Shown: piece after piece, positions 1 through 7,658 of the stretch
How the letters are laid out: each line of letters begins with the position of its first letter
Numbering within the stretch: position 1 is the stretch's first letter
Made by a program: the position numbers and the translations under genes
Notes under the pieces: model-generated
What the model saw: only the letters and a program-made list of their open reading frames with translations
What the model was told of the DNA's origin: nothing
Database searches by the model: none
DNA from: a virus
Direction: 5' to 3' (one strand)
Virus record (IMG/VR): IMGVR_UViG_3300017917_003612
Span: 14,549-78,548 of that record
DNA: 64,000 bases

Positions 1-243
1 GATACGACCATCGTTGTATTCAATGTTGATTATACGTTCTAAAGGTATCTCTCTTATACGTACTGGGCTGTCAAAATCTGTCACAATTCTAACAAAATTT
101 GGAGGGGTAAATTTGGTTGCTTTTTCAACAACACCAGTAATTGTTGTTTTACTAACTATTGCACTTCCTATAACATAACTAGGAAACTCAAAAGTAATAG
201 CAACTTTGCAACCTGCGTCTGGAATAGAGAATTGTGTATTCAT
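1..243 (-). CDS. Hypothetical protein, runs off window (MNTQFSIPDAG...)
   Basis: Open frame from ATG 243 to the window edge; ATG is 6 nt after a TATAAT box. Confidence 0.6.
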   Translation of the reverse strand, partial: MNTQFSIPDAGCKVAITFEFPSYVIGSAIVSKTTITGVVEKATKFTPPNFVRIVTDFDSPVRIREIPLERIINIEYNDGRI

Positions 244-249
244 GCTCTA

Positions 250-278
250 ATTATAACAAAGAGCTGAATTTTGGTCAA
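250..278 (-). promoter_or_regulatory. Sigma70-type early promoter, probably leaderless
   Basis: TTGACC-17 nt-TATAAT-6 nt-ATG. Confidence 0.75.
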
Positions 279-302
279 CCTTAAAAACTTGCTAGTTTAT
301 TA

Positions 303-620
303 TTATGCTTCGGCTGTGTATCTTTTACGCCAATAATCCCATTCTGGTAATATGCCATTTGTATCGGTATATTCTCTAGTTATACCATTTTTAAGAACTA
401 ACGTAAAACCCACACGTGCCGTAATGTTGGAATTGAGTATTGACGAATATACCGTTTCATACAACGGATCAATTCTGTCAATGAATGAATTCCATAAAGC
501 ATCATTTCTTTGCTTAGATTCTTGAAAGTTTAAAAACTCATCTGGTGTAAGGGTTGTTTCTGCCCATTGGTCTATATTTTTTTTGGTTTCGTCGGCATAA
601 TACACGATTTTATCTGTCAT
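303..620 (-). CDS. Hypothetical protein, likely paralog of 636..986
   Basis: 105 aa; shares W-x3-TL-x3-E and (W/F)DYW-x2-R with its neighbour. Confidence 0.65.
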   Translation of the reverse strand: MTDKIVYYADETKKNIDQWAETTLTPDEFLNFQESKQRNDALWNSFIDRIDPLYETVYSSILNSNITARVGFTLVLKNGITREYTDTNGILPEWDYWRKRYTAEA

Positions 621-635
621 TATTTTATTCCTAGT

Positions 636-986
636 TTAGATAGGCACTCTTGGATTAAAAGTAACGTTTGGATCTGATCTCATTCTATTTTCCCAGTAAT
701 CAAACTTTTCATGATTGACAAAATCAGGGGGTGTTTCTGATTCATACCCAACAATAATAAGTATTTTACCACCATGAGCAGTAGTTATAGTTTCTTCAAT
801 GGGTGTTACTTTGAGTGTATTGTTGTCAATAAACGGTTGTAGATAGTTTTCTATTTCAATGAAATCTGATTTCAACTGTTCTAATTCCACAGCCGGCAGG
901 GTATGCAACCCCCATTCAAACACGGTAACCATATGATGCTGACCGTCTATTTTTAGAACAGATTTAAGTTGTTTAAATTTAGCCAT
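636..986 (-). CDS. Hypothetical protein, likely paralog of 303..620
   Basis: 116 aa; ATAAATA box upstream near 1005-1011. Confidence 0.65.
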   Translation of the reverse strand: MAKFKQLKSVLKIDGQHHMVTVFEWGLHTLPAVELEQLKSDFIEIENYLQPFIDNNTLKVTPIEETITTAHGGKILIIVGYESETPPDFVNHEKFDYWENRMRSDPNVTFNPRVPI

Positions 987-1015
987 AAAACTCTCAATTT
1001 TAAATATTTATTTAA

Positions 1016-1200
1016 CTTCCAGCCACTTCTGTTACCGAGCAGGCTGGGTCCATCTCTGAGTCTTAGTTTAGCTTAGGCAGCTAAACGAACCTCAAACAGC
1101 TCATCATTGGCTGCATTTAGAGTTTTGCTTCTTTTACGTTGATCGCCTAACGTGCTGTCCACTCGCCTACTCTTGACCCTGTCGAAACCATGTCTGGCCC
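1016..1200 (-). ncRNA. ssrA: tmRNA coding piece of a permuted two-piece gene; 3' end approximate
   Basis: Starts GGGCCAG-ACAUGGUUUCGAC (typical tmRNA 5' end); contains tag frame AANDELFEVRLAA*; pairs with CUGGUCC-ACCA at 1433-1423. Confidence 0.92.
1073..1114 (-). other. tmRNA tag reading frame AANDELFEVRLAA*
   Basis: UAAAU precedes the GCA resume codon; AND near the start and LAA-stop at the end are typical of proteobacterial tags. Confidence 0.88.
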
Positions 1201-1212
1201 ATCATAAAGAGA

Positions 1213-1407
1213 TTATTTTTGATCTTTACTGTTACTAGATGGTTGTTGTTTCAAATGCTCTACAGATACGCACCTAGCAGTCATATTGGGCCTATTCTGT
1301 ATCAATATACTGGCAGCTTCCCAACATTCCTCAAATCTGTCAAAGGTTTTCCACTCACTTTCGTGCAAAACACCTGATATAACAACAGTTACAAAAAGTA
1401 CATACAA
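1213..1407 (-). CDS. 64-aa two-Cys protein inside the tmRNA intervening segment
   Basis: TTG start 8 nt after AGGAG; hydrophobic N-terminus and C...CV pattern shared with four other ORFs here. Confidence 0.7.
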   Translation of the reverse strand: MYVLFVTVVISGVLHESEWKTFDRFEECWEAASILIQNRPNMTARCVSVEHLKQQPSSNSKDQK

Positions 1408-1422
1408 ACCATAATCTCCTTA

Positions 1423-1486
1423 TGGTGGACCAGGCGGGAGTCGAACCCGCGTCCAGAACCCTTTTTGGGTTGCTTCATACAGCAAT
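1423..1486 (-). ncRNA. ssrA: tmRNA acceptor piece (T-arm, 3' acceptor strand, encoded ACCA); 5' end approximate
   Basis: GGAC-GCGGG-UUCGACU-CCCGC-CUGGUCC-A-CCA; forms a 7-bp stem with G3.U70 against 1200-1194. Confidence 0.92.
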
Positions 1487-1505
1487 TATTGCTTCATACA
1501 GCAAT
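1470..1505. repeat. 17-bp direct repeat TTGCTTCATACAGCAAT x2
   Basis: Exact copies at 1470-1486 and 1489-1505. Confidence 0.9.
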
Positions 1506-1507
1506 AT

Positions 1508-3097
1508 TTACTCAACTACAAATAAATCATTATTGACAATTTGAGCTTTGTTTTTATTTATAATTATATTTTTTGATTTGTCTTTAGTGGGCAGCAATGA
1601 TTCTTTAATATCTTTATTTGCATAACTAGTAACAAGTGCCAGTTCTTTTACAATATCTAGTTGATCCAACCACTCTTTCATAAAAGTTTTTGGAATGCAG
1701 AAGTAAAATCTTCGTCTAATTTTTTTCTGCTGCTTGTACCAAGATGATTCAGAAACATATTTTATGTAACTAAACACCAATTCCACAGGCACGTCTTTGC
1801 CAGCATTTTCGTACCAATAATTTTTGAATGTATCGTGTAGGTTATCTGCTATGTTTTGAGCGGGCACCGTCCTGCAACATCCTGGGCTGCTGTTTCGTGT
1901 AATATCAAATTCACAGAAGCCAAAATAATCAGTGCTTCCGTCCGATGGATTTGAAGTAAAGTAAAAACTTGGTCTAGGATTGGGATTTAATTCATAAACA
2001 AAACTACATTTTTTGATACTGTTATGTCTAAAATAAAATCTTGTTTCTTTGCGTTGTTGAATAATATGATAGTTATCTATGTTATCAAAAATGCCAATAT
2101 CAACTTTAGATTTTACCTCGTTTATATAATCAACTATCTGTTGAAGTTTTGCATCAACTTTAACAACATCTTTGTTTGATAAAACTTTTAAGTGAAATTT
2201 ACCGTTGTATTGCAAATCTTCTCTCAATGATGCTACAGTTGTGTTTGTAGAAAAAATTTTAACCAATCTTGTTTTAAAATGTTCTCGAGATTCTCCTGCA
2301 ACACTCAATAAAAAACTTTCAGCAGGCACGCTTCCTAGAAATGTTTTCTTAAAAATTTCTTGAAAAGGAATATCTGGATTTTTTATTTGTAAAACGGAAT
2401 CAACATTTTCATCAATACCGTTATGTTTGATGATGTAATTGTTTTCGTCGCCACCACGGATCATACTTAAAACTATAAGTCCTTGGGCAACATTATCAAA
2501 TTTTAATGGATCTACATCAAATACAGACACTATTGTAAAATATTTTTTTAGGAATTTTTTAAACTGCAAATAAAATTTGGAGTCGTTTGTAATTAAACTT
2601 TTAGGAATCACATAATGTATACCACCCTGGTAATCATTTGTTATCATTATATCAGCAGTTTTGATTATAAAAAACACTGCTTCTTCTCTTATGCCAGTGA
2701 CTCCATATTTGTGAGCTAATTTTTTGACATAATTTTTATGTGTGGTCAAACTGTACGCCGGACTACGAAATGGAACATTTCCAATGAAGCTGACTTTCTT
2801 GGTATCAAAATTCAGTTCAGTGTTGATGTCGTAAAAATTTTTATGATAAAGTGAAAGATTAGGAAATCTTTCAACTCCTTTTTGAAACCACTCTTCATCT
2901 AGTTCAACTCCAACAATGTTGGCATTGGGATACTGTTCAATCATTGGACCAATAAATCCACATCCACCAAAACTGGGCTCTACTACAATATCAGAGTCAA
3001 CTGACAGTTTATCTAAAATCTCTTTAACCAAGTCCTCGGGAGTAAAAAATTGTCCCAACTGATACTTTTTGGATTGTATGTTTTTTTCTTCTAGCAT
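1508..3097 (-). CDS. Amino (N6-A/N4-C) DNA methyltransferase, gamma-class-like
   Basis: LGQFFTP, EPSFGGCGF (motif I), GVELD, IGNVPF (NPPY-like motif IV). Confidence 0.8.
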   Translation of the reverse strand: MLEEKNIQSKKYQLGQFFTPEDLVKEILDKLSVDSDIVVEPSFGGCGFIGPMIEQYPNANIVGVELDEEWFQKGVERFPNLSLYHKNFYDINTELNFDTKKVSFIGNVPFRSPAYSLTTHKNYVKKLAHKYGVTGIREEAVFFIIKTADIMITNDYQGGIHYVIPKSLITNDSKFYLQFKKFLKKYFTIVSVFDVDPLKFDNVAQGLIVLSMIRGGDENNYIIKHNGIDENVDSVLQIKNPDIPFQEIFKKTFLGSVPAESFLLSVAGESREHFKTRLVKIFSTNTTVASLREDLQYNGKFHLKVLSNKDVVKVDAKLQQIVDYINEVKSKVDIGIFDNIDNYHIIQQRKETRFYFRHNSIKKCSFVYELNPNPRPSFYFTSNPSDGSTDYFGFCEFDITRNSSPGCCRTVPAQNIADNLHDTFKNYWYENAGKDVPVELVFSYIKYVSESSWYKQQKKIRRRFYFCIPKTFMKEWLDQLDIVKELALVTSYANKDIKESLLPTKDKSKNIIINKNKAQIVNNDLFVVE

Positions 3098-3101
3098 TAG
3101 A

Positions 3102-3109
3102 TATTTATA
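3102..3109 (-). promoter_or_regulatory. T4-type late promoter TATAAATA
   Basis: Exact TATAAATA 4 nt before the MTase ATG. Confidence 0.6.
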
Positions 3110-3111
3110 AG

Positions 3112-3819
3112 TTAAAAAACAAGATTTTCATATTTTGTCAAATCATACTTGTTTAGATCAGTGAGAAACGGAGTTCCTACAGTTACATCTAACAAAAACA
3201 GTTCGTGAAAGCGTGGTTTAATATCAACTTGGCCTTCTGTTGTATGATTTTTGTGCTGTATGCCCATTGGTATTTTTCCAGGTTCTACATTATTTTTGCC
3301 TGGCGTACGACTCAAAAGATGATACGGAACCCAATAATGCACAGCACCATTTCCATACAGTGCAGAAAACAAACCGTAATTGGCACAATCGGGTTTGACT
3401 TGTTGCCATGTACCTTTCTTGGCAACTTGAAGCACGTTTTTTACAAACGGTATATTAGTTGCCCGCTCGGCCCAAGTAAGAGCATATCCTCTTTTGTCAA
3501 TTTGCTTTTTGCTGTCTGGGGTCATCACTGTAAAAAATTTTATTTCAACAAGATCACCATGAAGCTTGCTGGCAATACTATTATCTAGTACAGCGTCATG
3601 GTTGGCATTACGTTTGGGTAACAGTTGTGGACAACTTGCACGAAATTCGTTCTCCCAGTCATCGCCACGATGTTTAGAAATACCTTCTTTGAACCATTTC
3701 TGCATATTTTCAGGAAACCCATAAGTATCAGTCCATCGGGCAACTGCCACTTGGTTCTGAAAGTCTCGGAACGTTTGGGTATCCATGGCTACAATATCGG
3801 CTGTGGTAAATGTTTTCAC
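3112..3819 (-). CDS. Putative PD-(D/E)XK restriction endonuclease; likely GTG start at 3819
   Basis: HDAVLD...VEIK motif; adjacent to the MTase; GGAG 7 nt upstream; GTGA overlap with the upstream ORF. Confidence 0.55.
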   Translation of the reverse strand: MKTFTTADIVAMDTQTFRDFQNQVAVARWTDTYGFPENMQKWFKEGISKHRGDDWENEFRASCPQLLPKRNANHDAVLDNSIASKLHGDLVEIKFFTVMTPDSKKQIDKRGYALTWAERATNIPFVKNVLQVAKKGTWQQVKPDCANYGLFSALYGNGAVHYWVPYHLLSRTPGKNNVEPGKIPMGIQHKNHTTEGQVDIKPRFHELFLLDVTVGTPFLTDLNKYDLTKYENLVF

Positions 3820-3992
3820 TGGCAATCTCCAAAATCTGCAGAATCCATTTGCTCTTGCCAATAGGCGCGAGCTTCTGCCTCGTGGTCGAAAGATTCCAAC
3901 ACATTCATACCACCAAGCGGATGCGGAAACCACACGTGCCACTCACCCGTGTCTTGATCGTGCGTACAATACAGTTCAATTGGTTCAGGCAT
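3816..3992 (-). CDS. 58-aa hypothetical protein (MPEPIELYCTHDQ...), not in ORF track
   Basis: Manual translation; first ORF after the 4024-4052 promoter; coupled to the next gene. Confidence 0.6.
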   Translation of the reverse strand: MPEPIELYCTHDQDTGEWHVWFPHPLGGMNVLESFDHEAEARAYWQEQMDSADFGDCQ

Positions 3993-4023
3993 AATTTAAT
4001 TCTGTTATGTAAATGTAGTGTTC

Positions 4024-4052
4024 AGTATAACAAAATTGGTAAGTTTTGTCAA
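4024..4052 (-). promoter_or_regulatory. Sigma70-type early promoter
   Basis: TTGACA-17 nt-TATACT. Confidence 0.8.
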
Positions 4053-4082
4053 CTTGATAAATCGAAAAGCTAGAATAAAATG

Positions 4083-4208
4083 TTAGGTATCATTGTCTTC
4101 TTTTATCCATTCGTAGTATATCAACCACAATGCCACTGATATACTACCAACAAGCAACACACCCAACAAAAATCCGATGATAAAATAGAGGTAATTTATT
4201 TCATCCAT
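4083..4208 (-). CDS. 41-aa single-TM protein
   Basis: MDEINYLYFIIGFLLGVLLVG...; TAAATA 4 nt upstream. Confidence 0.5.
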   Translation of the reverse strand: MDEINYLYFIIGFLLGVLLVGSISVALWLIYYEWIKEDNDT

Positions 4209-4220
4209 GCCCTATTTAGC

Positions 4221-4246
4221 AAAAAAGCCCGCCAAAGCGGGCCTTT
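4221..4246 (-). terminator. Rho-independent terminator
   Basis: GGCCCGC-TTTG-GCGGGCT followed by a T run. Confidence 0.85.
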
Positions 4247-4262
4247 CTGTCACCATACAACT

Positions 4263-4586
4263 TTAGGCAGGTTGCTTGTTGCTAGCGCGGGCCTTGATAG
4301 CGTCCATGCTGGGCTTGGCACTTTTGACTTTGACAACCGGTGCTGCATTGTACTTGGCGTCGGCTGCATCAATAGCAGCAGCAAACTCGGGATTCTTGTA
4401 CAGATCCGTTGTTTTAAGATGCGTGACCAGCTCGCCCTTGGTCATTGCACGAGGCAGTTCGACCAAGTTGATGTCGGTGTCAGTCTTGGCAAGGATCTTG
4501 ACACGAGTCATGTCGCCAGCGAAACGAACCTTGTACTGGCCTTTAGTTTTAGAAACACCACCTACCATAAAAGTTTTGTCAGTCAT
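4263..4586 (-). CDS. Hypothetical basic protein
   Basis: 107 aa; GGAG SD; followed by a terminator. Confidence 0.75.
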   Translation of the reverse strand: MTDKTFMVGGVSKTKGQYKVRFAGDMTRVKILAKTDTDINLVELPRAMTKGELVTHLKTTDLYKNPEFAAAIDAADAKYNAAPVVKVKSAKPSMDAIKARASNKQPA

Positions 4587-4702
4587 TTGTTACTCTCCAC
4601 AAGTAAAGTTGAAAATTTAGATTACTGTTTGTAACCATACTACTATTGTACTGCCTTTCGAACTACAGGTCAACCTGTTTTTGGTCGGCAGTTTAACCAA
4701 AA

Positions 4703-4831
4703 TCATTTACTCAATTCAGTTGCGGTTTCTTTGGTTTTGACCACAGCCTTGTCCAGCATATGTGCAATCCCACTAAAGCCAACAGTGGCCACAATGATAC
4801 CAAAAACGGTTCCGTAAATAAAGGTTCTCAT
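4703..4831 (-). CDS. 42-aa single-TM protein
   Basis: Manual translation MRTFIYGTVFGIIVATVGFSG...; AAGGAG SD; ATGA overlap. Confidence 0.55.
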   Translation of the reverse strand: MRTFIYGTVFGIIVATVGFSGIAHMLDKAVVKTKETATELSK

Positions 4832-4995
4832 TCTGCGTTCTCCTTGGGCGGTTTAGCTGGGCGGGCAATCATGTGCAATCGATTGGCACAATCTCTAATG
4901 TCATCACTGAGCAATCCGCGTCCGATCTTCTGTTCAATCATGCGGGCAATGTTGTGAAGTGTAATCACTGCATCAGCCATTTGATCGTCTTGCAT
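4828..4995 (-). CDS. 55-aa hypothetical protein
   Basis: Manual translation; GGAG SD; follows a TTGACT-17-TATAAT promoter. Confidence 0.55.
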   Translation of the reverse strand: MQDDQMADAVITLHNIARMIEQKIGRGLLSDDIRDCANRLHMIARPAKPPKENAE

Positions 4996-5018
4996 ACTGT
5001 TCTCCGATTATAACAAAT

Positions 5019-5243
5019 TCATTCTTTTGAGTCAACCGTTTCAGCGGTTTTAACTACGGGTCGCTTCTTGTTGTACTTCAAACACCACATGCACCGGGTG
5101 CTTTCTACTCCGTAGAAGTAGTGATTTACATCATAATGTCGTTGGTCACATACCGAGCAAACAAATTGCTGCATGTCAGGACCATCTGGTCCATCAGCAG
5201 CTATTGTTTGAAGCGGACCAAGTTCACTTGTGACTGGTTGCAT
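5019..5243 (-). CDS. Small zinc-finger-like protein
   Basis: CSVC...CMWC. Confidence 0.6.
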   Translation of the reverse strand: MQPVTSELGPLQTIAADGPDGPDMQQFVCSVCDQRHYDVNHYFYGVESTRCMWCLKYNKKRPVVKTAETVDSKE

Positions 5244-5407
5244 TAGTTGTAACCAACTTCAAAGTTTTCGGGTTCCAACATATCAGCCTCAAGCACAGCG
5301 TCTTGATAGCTAGTGGCATTCAACATGATGGTTTGTCCATTAAAATACGATGCCATGTATCCACCTGAAGATGGGTCGTAATCAATACTAATAAGAAAAT
5401 TACTCAT
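5243..5407 (-). CDS. Hypothetical protein
   Basis: MSNFLISID start with AAGGAG; coupled to the next ORF. Confidence 0.6.
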   Translation of the reverse strand: MSNFLISIDYDPSSGGYMASYFNGQTIMLNATSYQDAVLEADMLEPENFEVGYN

Positions 5408-5563
5408 CCATAGTCTCCTTGTCATTGTAAAAAAATGCTGCACCAAGTTGAGTCTCTAACACATCAGCTCTAGTAGGATAATCTACTACTAGAATCTGTG
5501 CCAGTTGCTGCAGGCTTTGATTGGATAGCAGAGCTAATTCGTTTGCAATAACTTCAAGTCGGT

Positions 5564-5740
5564 TCATAGTTCGTCCACGTTGATGTCAGTAATATCTTTG
5601 GGTTTGGTTTGAGGACGACCCCAGGCGCTTGCACCTGCATCGGGTGAACTTTTACCAGTAGGAATTTGTTGAATCTCGCCGCCGTTGGCAAGAAATTCTG
5701 CAACAGCTCGTTCGTATTCTGCTTTGGCTTCTTTAGTCAA
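5564..5740 (-). CDS. SutA-like RNA-polymerase-binding small protein (58 aa, TTG start)
   Basis: Manual translation: ERAVAEFLANGGEIQQIPTGKS resembles the SutA EFLxxGGKVQxI motif; GGAG SD. Confidence 0.55.
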   Translation of the reverse strand: MTKEAKAEYERAVAEFLANGGEIQQIPTGKSSPDAGASAWGRPQTKPKDITDINVDEL

Positions 5741-5935
5741 TTATACACTCCCATAATATTCTGCATCCAGATCGGCTGCAATGTCTGCATAAGTATACAC
5801 ATCATCATCAATTTGGTCAAGTATAGCCAACACCTGCGGAACACTAAGTCCCACACGATCTGCTATCTCGGGCAAAGGTACGCCATCAAAATCCAGTTCA
5901 CAAATTTCCAGTTCCAAGTTCTTAAAGTATCCCAT
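5741..5935 (-). CDS. Small HTH protein
   Basis: GVPLPEIADRVGLSVPQV. Confidence 0.6.
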   Translation of the reverse strand: MGYFKNLELEICELDFDGVPLPEIADRVGLSVPQVLAILDQIDDDVYTYADIAADLDAEYYGSV

Positions 5936-5937
5936 AA

Positions 5938-6189
5938 TCAACCCCAATCCTTTCTATCTCCAGATTTTTCGTTTTCCTCGTAACCGGCCAGGTATTCTTC
6001 ACGTTCGGCATCTGTAAGTTTAGTTATCTTTTGACCATGCCCAGTACCATTGGGCCACCAGTGCGGACTAGGACCACGACCATAATAACTATCTGCCGAG
6101 CCACGATCATACAAACTACCATGACGGGCCCGATCAAATTGCGGAAGATCTTTGAGTATATCAAACACTCGTTGTTTTTCTGCTTGCAT
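5938..6189 (-). CDS. Hypothetical phage protein
   Basis: 83 aa; AAGGAG SD; HGSLYDRGSADSYY. Confidence 0.7.
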   Translation of the reverse strand: MQAEKQRVFDILKDLPQFDRARHGSLYDRGSADSYYGRGPSPHWWPNGTGHGQKITKLTDAEREEYLAGYEENEKSGDRKDWG

Positions 6190-6203
6190 GTTATTCTCCT
6201 TGA

Positions 6204-6473
6204 TTAGGCTTTAGGAGCCACTGTACGAATATTGGTACTTACACAACGGATTGGATTGATGTACCCAAGTCGCTTGGCAATCTTACGTGCCTCATCCACA
6301 ATTGGTAGAATAGATTCACGGCGACCCAGCATGTGATAACCCACATAGCGTTTGGTGGTTTCATCTACACCCATGCCGGCGGGCACGTCTGTATAGGTGC
6401 TCACCACACAGCCATTTTTTTGTGCAATGGCTTGATTGATTACGGCACGAATCTGTTTGGTATTTGCTAACAT
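6204..6473 (-). CDS. Hypothetical protein
   Basis: 89 aa; follows a promoter/leader cassette. Confidence 0.7.
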   Translation of the reverse strand: MLANTKQIRAVINQAIAQKNGCVVSTYTDVPAGMGVDETTKRYVGYHMLGRRESILPIVDEARKIAKRLGYINPIRCVSTNIRTVAPKA

Positions 6474-6505
6474 GTTTTTGGCTCCTTATCAGTTACTGTA
6501 CCATT

Positions 6506-6534
6506 ATTATAACAAAATGGGTATTTTTGAGCAA
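6506..6534 (-). promoter_or_regulatory. Early promoter of the cassette family
   Basis: TTGCTC-17-TATAAT then GTAACTGATAAGGAG leader. Confidence 0.65.
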
Positions 6535-6537
6535 CCA

Positions 6538-6867
6538 TTATTTTTTGGGGATGCGATAAATGATGCCCTGGGCTGTTGTTCTTTTAACAACACCCGCAGC
6601 GGCCCATTCAGTTTCCATCAGCGCAAGATTTTTGCGGTCTACTATAGCAGGACGATCCAGCTTGATGGCAATAAAGCGATCGCGGTAGTTGACATGAAAG
6701 GCTCTAGCCGAATACATCATTTCCAACACCAGTTTCATGCGCTCGGCAGCAACCTTCTGCCGTTCGGTATAGTGAGTGCTAGCAGCATACGAGCGTTGAG
6801 CTGCATCACGAGCAGCGGCATAAGCAAAATAACCGGCGTTTTTAGATTCTAGTTCGCGTTCTTGCAT
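6538..6867 (-). CDS. Hypothetical protein
   Basis: 109 aa; AAGGAG SD. Confidence 0.7.
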   Translation of the reverse strand: MQERELESKNAGYFAYAAARDAAQRSYAASTHYTERQKVAAERMKLVLEMMYSARAFHVNYRDRFIAIKLDRPAIVDRKNLALMETEWAAAGVVKRTTAQGIIYRIPKK

Positions 6868-6899
6868 TTTGGCTACTCCTTATTAAATACTATACCAAT

Positions 6900-6957
6900 A
6901 TTATAGCAAAATGGGCCTTTTTGGTCTACCAAAATAAAATGTTGTTTTTTTGCAACA
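6900..6957 (-). promoter_or_regulatory. TAGACC-type early promoter with upstream palindrome
   Basis: TAGACC-17-TATAAT; TGTTGT-N6-GCAACA at 6940-6957. Confidence 0.7.
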
Positions 6958-6984
6958 AAAAGTTGCTAATTCAGCAACAGTTGC

Positions 6985-7386
6985 TTAGTTAGCAACCAAG
7001 CCTAGTTTACGCAATTCTACTGCAAAAGTGGGTCTGATATTAGGGTCTACTTCAAGTATTTCAGAACCGGCCATGTCCAATCTATCAGCAATGTCTTTGG
7101 CTTCTTTTAGCCCAAGCCGTCTGCGATCGTAGGTGCGTATGCATTTGATTACAGCAATTTTGTCTGACATCTTGCTCACAAACGGATTCTTGACATGTAT
7201 CTTGTCTCTACGATAGTTGCCGGTCAGCATGGCCATAAACACCTCACCTTTAAGTTCAGGATCGATGGTATCTGCGATTGTGGTCCACAGTTCCATGCCC
7301 TTGTCTGCACCATAGATGTCGGCAATGGTCTGCATGAATCCAATGCCGGCACCCACTAGGTCTTCTCGATGTTTTTCAGGTAGCAT
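6985..7386 (-). CDS. Protein with ribosomal bL12 (L7/L12) C-terminal-like domain
   Basis: KIAVIKCIR...LGLKEAKDIAD matches bL12 KVAVIKAVR...LGLKEAKDLVE. Confidence 0.7.
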   Translation of the reverse strand: MLPEKHREDLVGAGIGFMQTIADIYGADKGMELWTTIADTIDPELKGEVFMAMLTGNYRRDKIHVKNPFVSKMSDKIAVIKCIRTYDRRRLGLKEAKDIADRLDMAGSEILEVDPNIRPTFAVELRKLGLVAN

Positions 7387-7658
7387 TACTTGGGTATATT
7401 ATAATCTCTATCGTATTGAGATGTTACGCTCCAGTGTGCTTCTGGTCCTGGATATTTTATATTACTCTCTACTGGCAAGCCAAATCGTTTTAGAATATTT
7501 TTACGATCCGCTTGCGAACCACAGCATTGAGCACATTCCTGCACAATCAATTCGCACAGGCGCAGGATGGCTTCGTGGTCATACGTGTCCATTTGATCCC
7601 AACATCCTTGTGCGGTGATACCGGCTTCATACATCAAGTTGTCAAAATGTTCGTTCAT
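7386..7658 (-). CDS. Hypothetical protein, LIVxEC family
   Basis: ELIVQEC...ILKRFG. Confidence 0.7.
   Translation of the reverse strand: MNEHFDNLMYEAGITAQGCWDQMDTYDHEAILRLCELIVQECAQCCGSQADRKNILKRFGLPVESNIKYPGPEAHWSVTSQYDRDYNIPK

Noticed and set aside
1389-1412. Alternative ATG frame (MVCMYFL*) in the tmRNA spacer
   Set aside because: Only 3 nt from the SD and 7 codons long; the TTG frame has better spacing and family resemblance
1423-1460. Apparent tRNA gene or att-site tRNA fragment (T-arm plus CCA)
   Set aside because: No D or anticodon arm upstream; its acceptor strand pairs with the tmRNA 5' end at 1200-1194, so it is the tmRNA acceptor piece
3820-3942. N-terminal extension of the 3112..3942 ORF, and similar extensions at 23944, 22381, 21681, 49603, 51535 and 61512
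   Set aside because: They overlap better-supported upstream ORFs or leaders; SD or promoter positions favour the downstream starts
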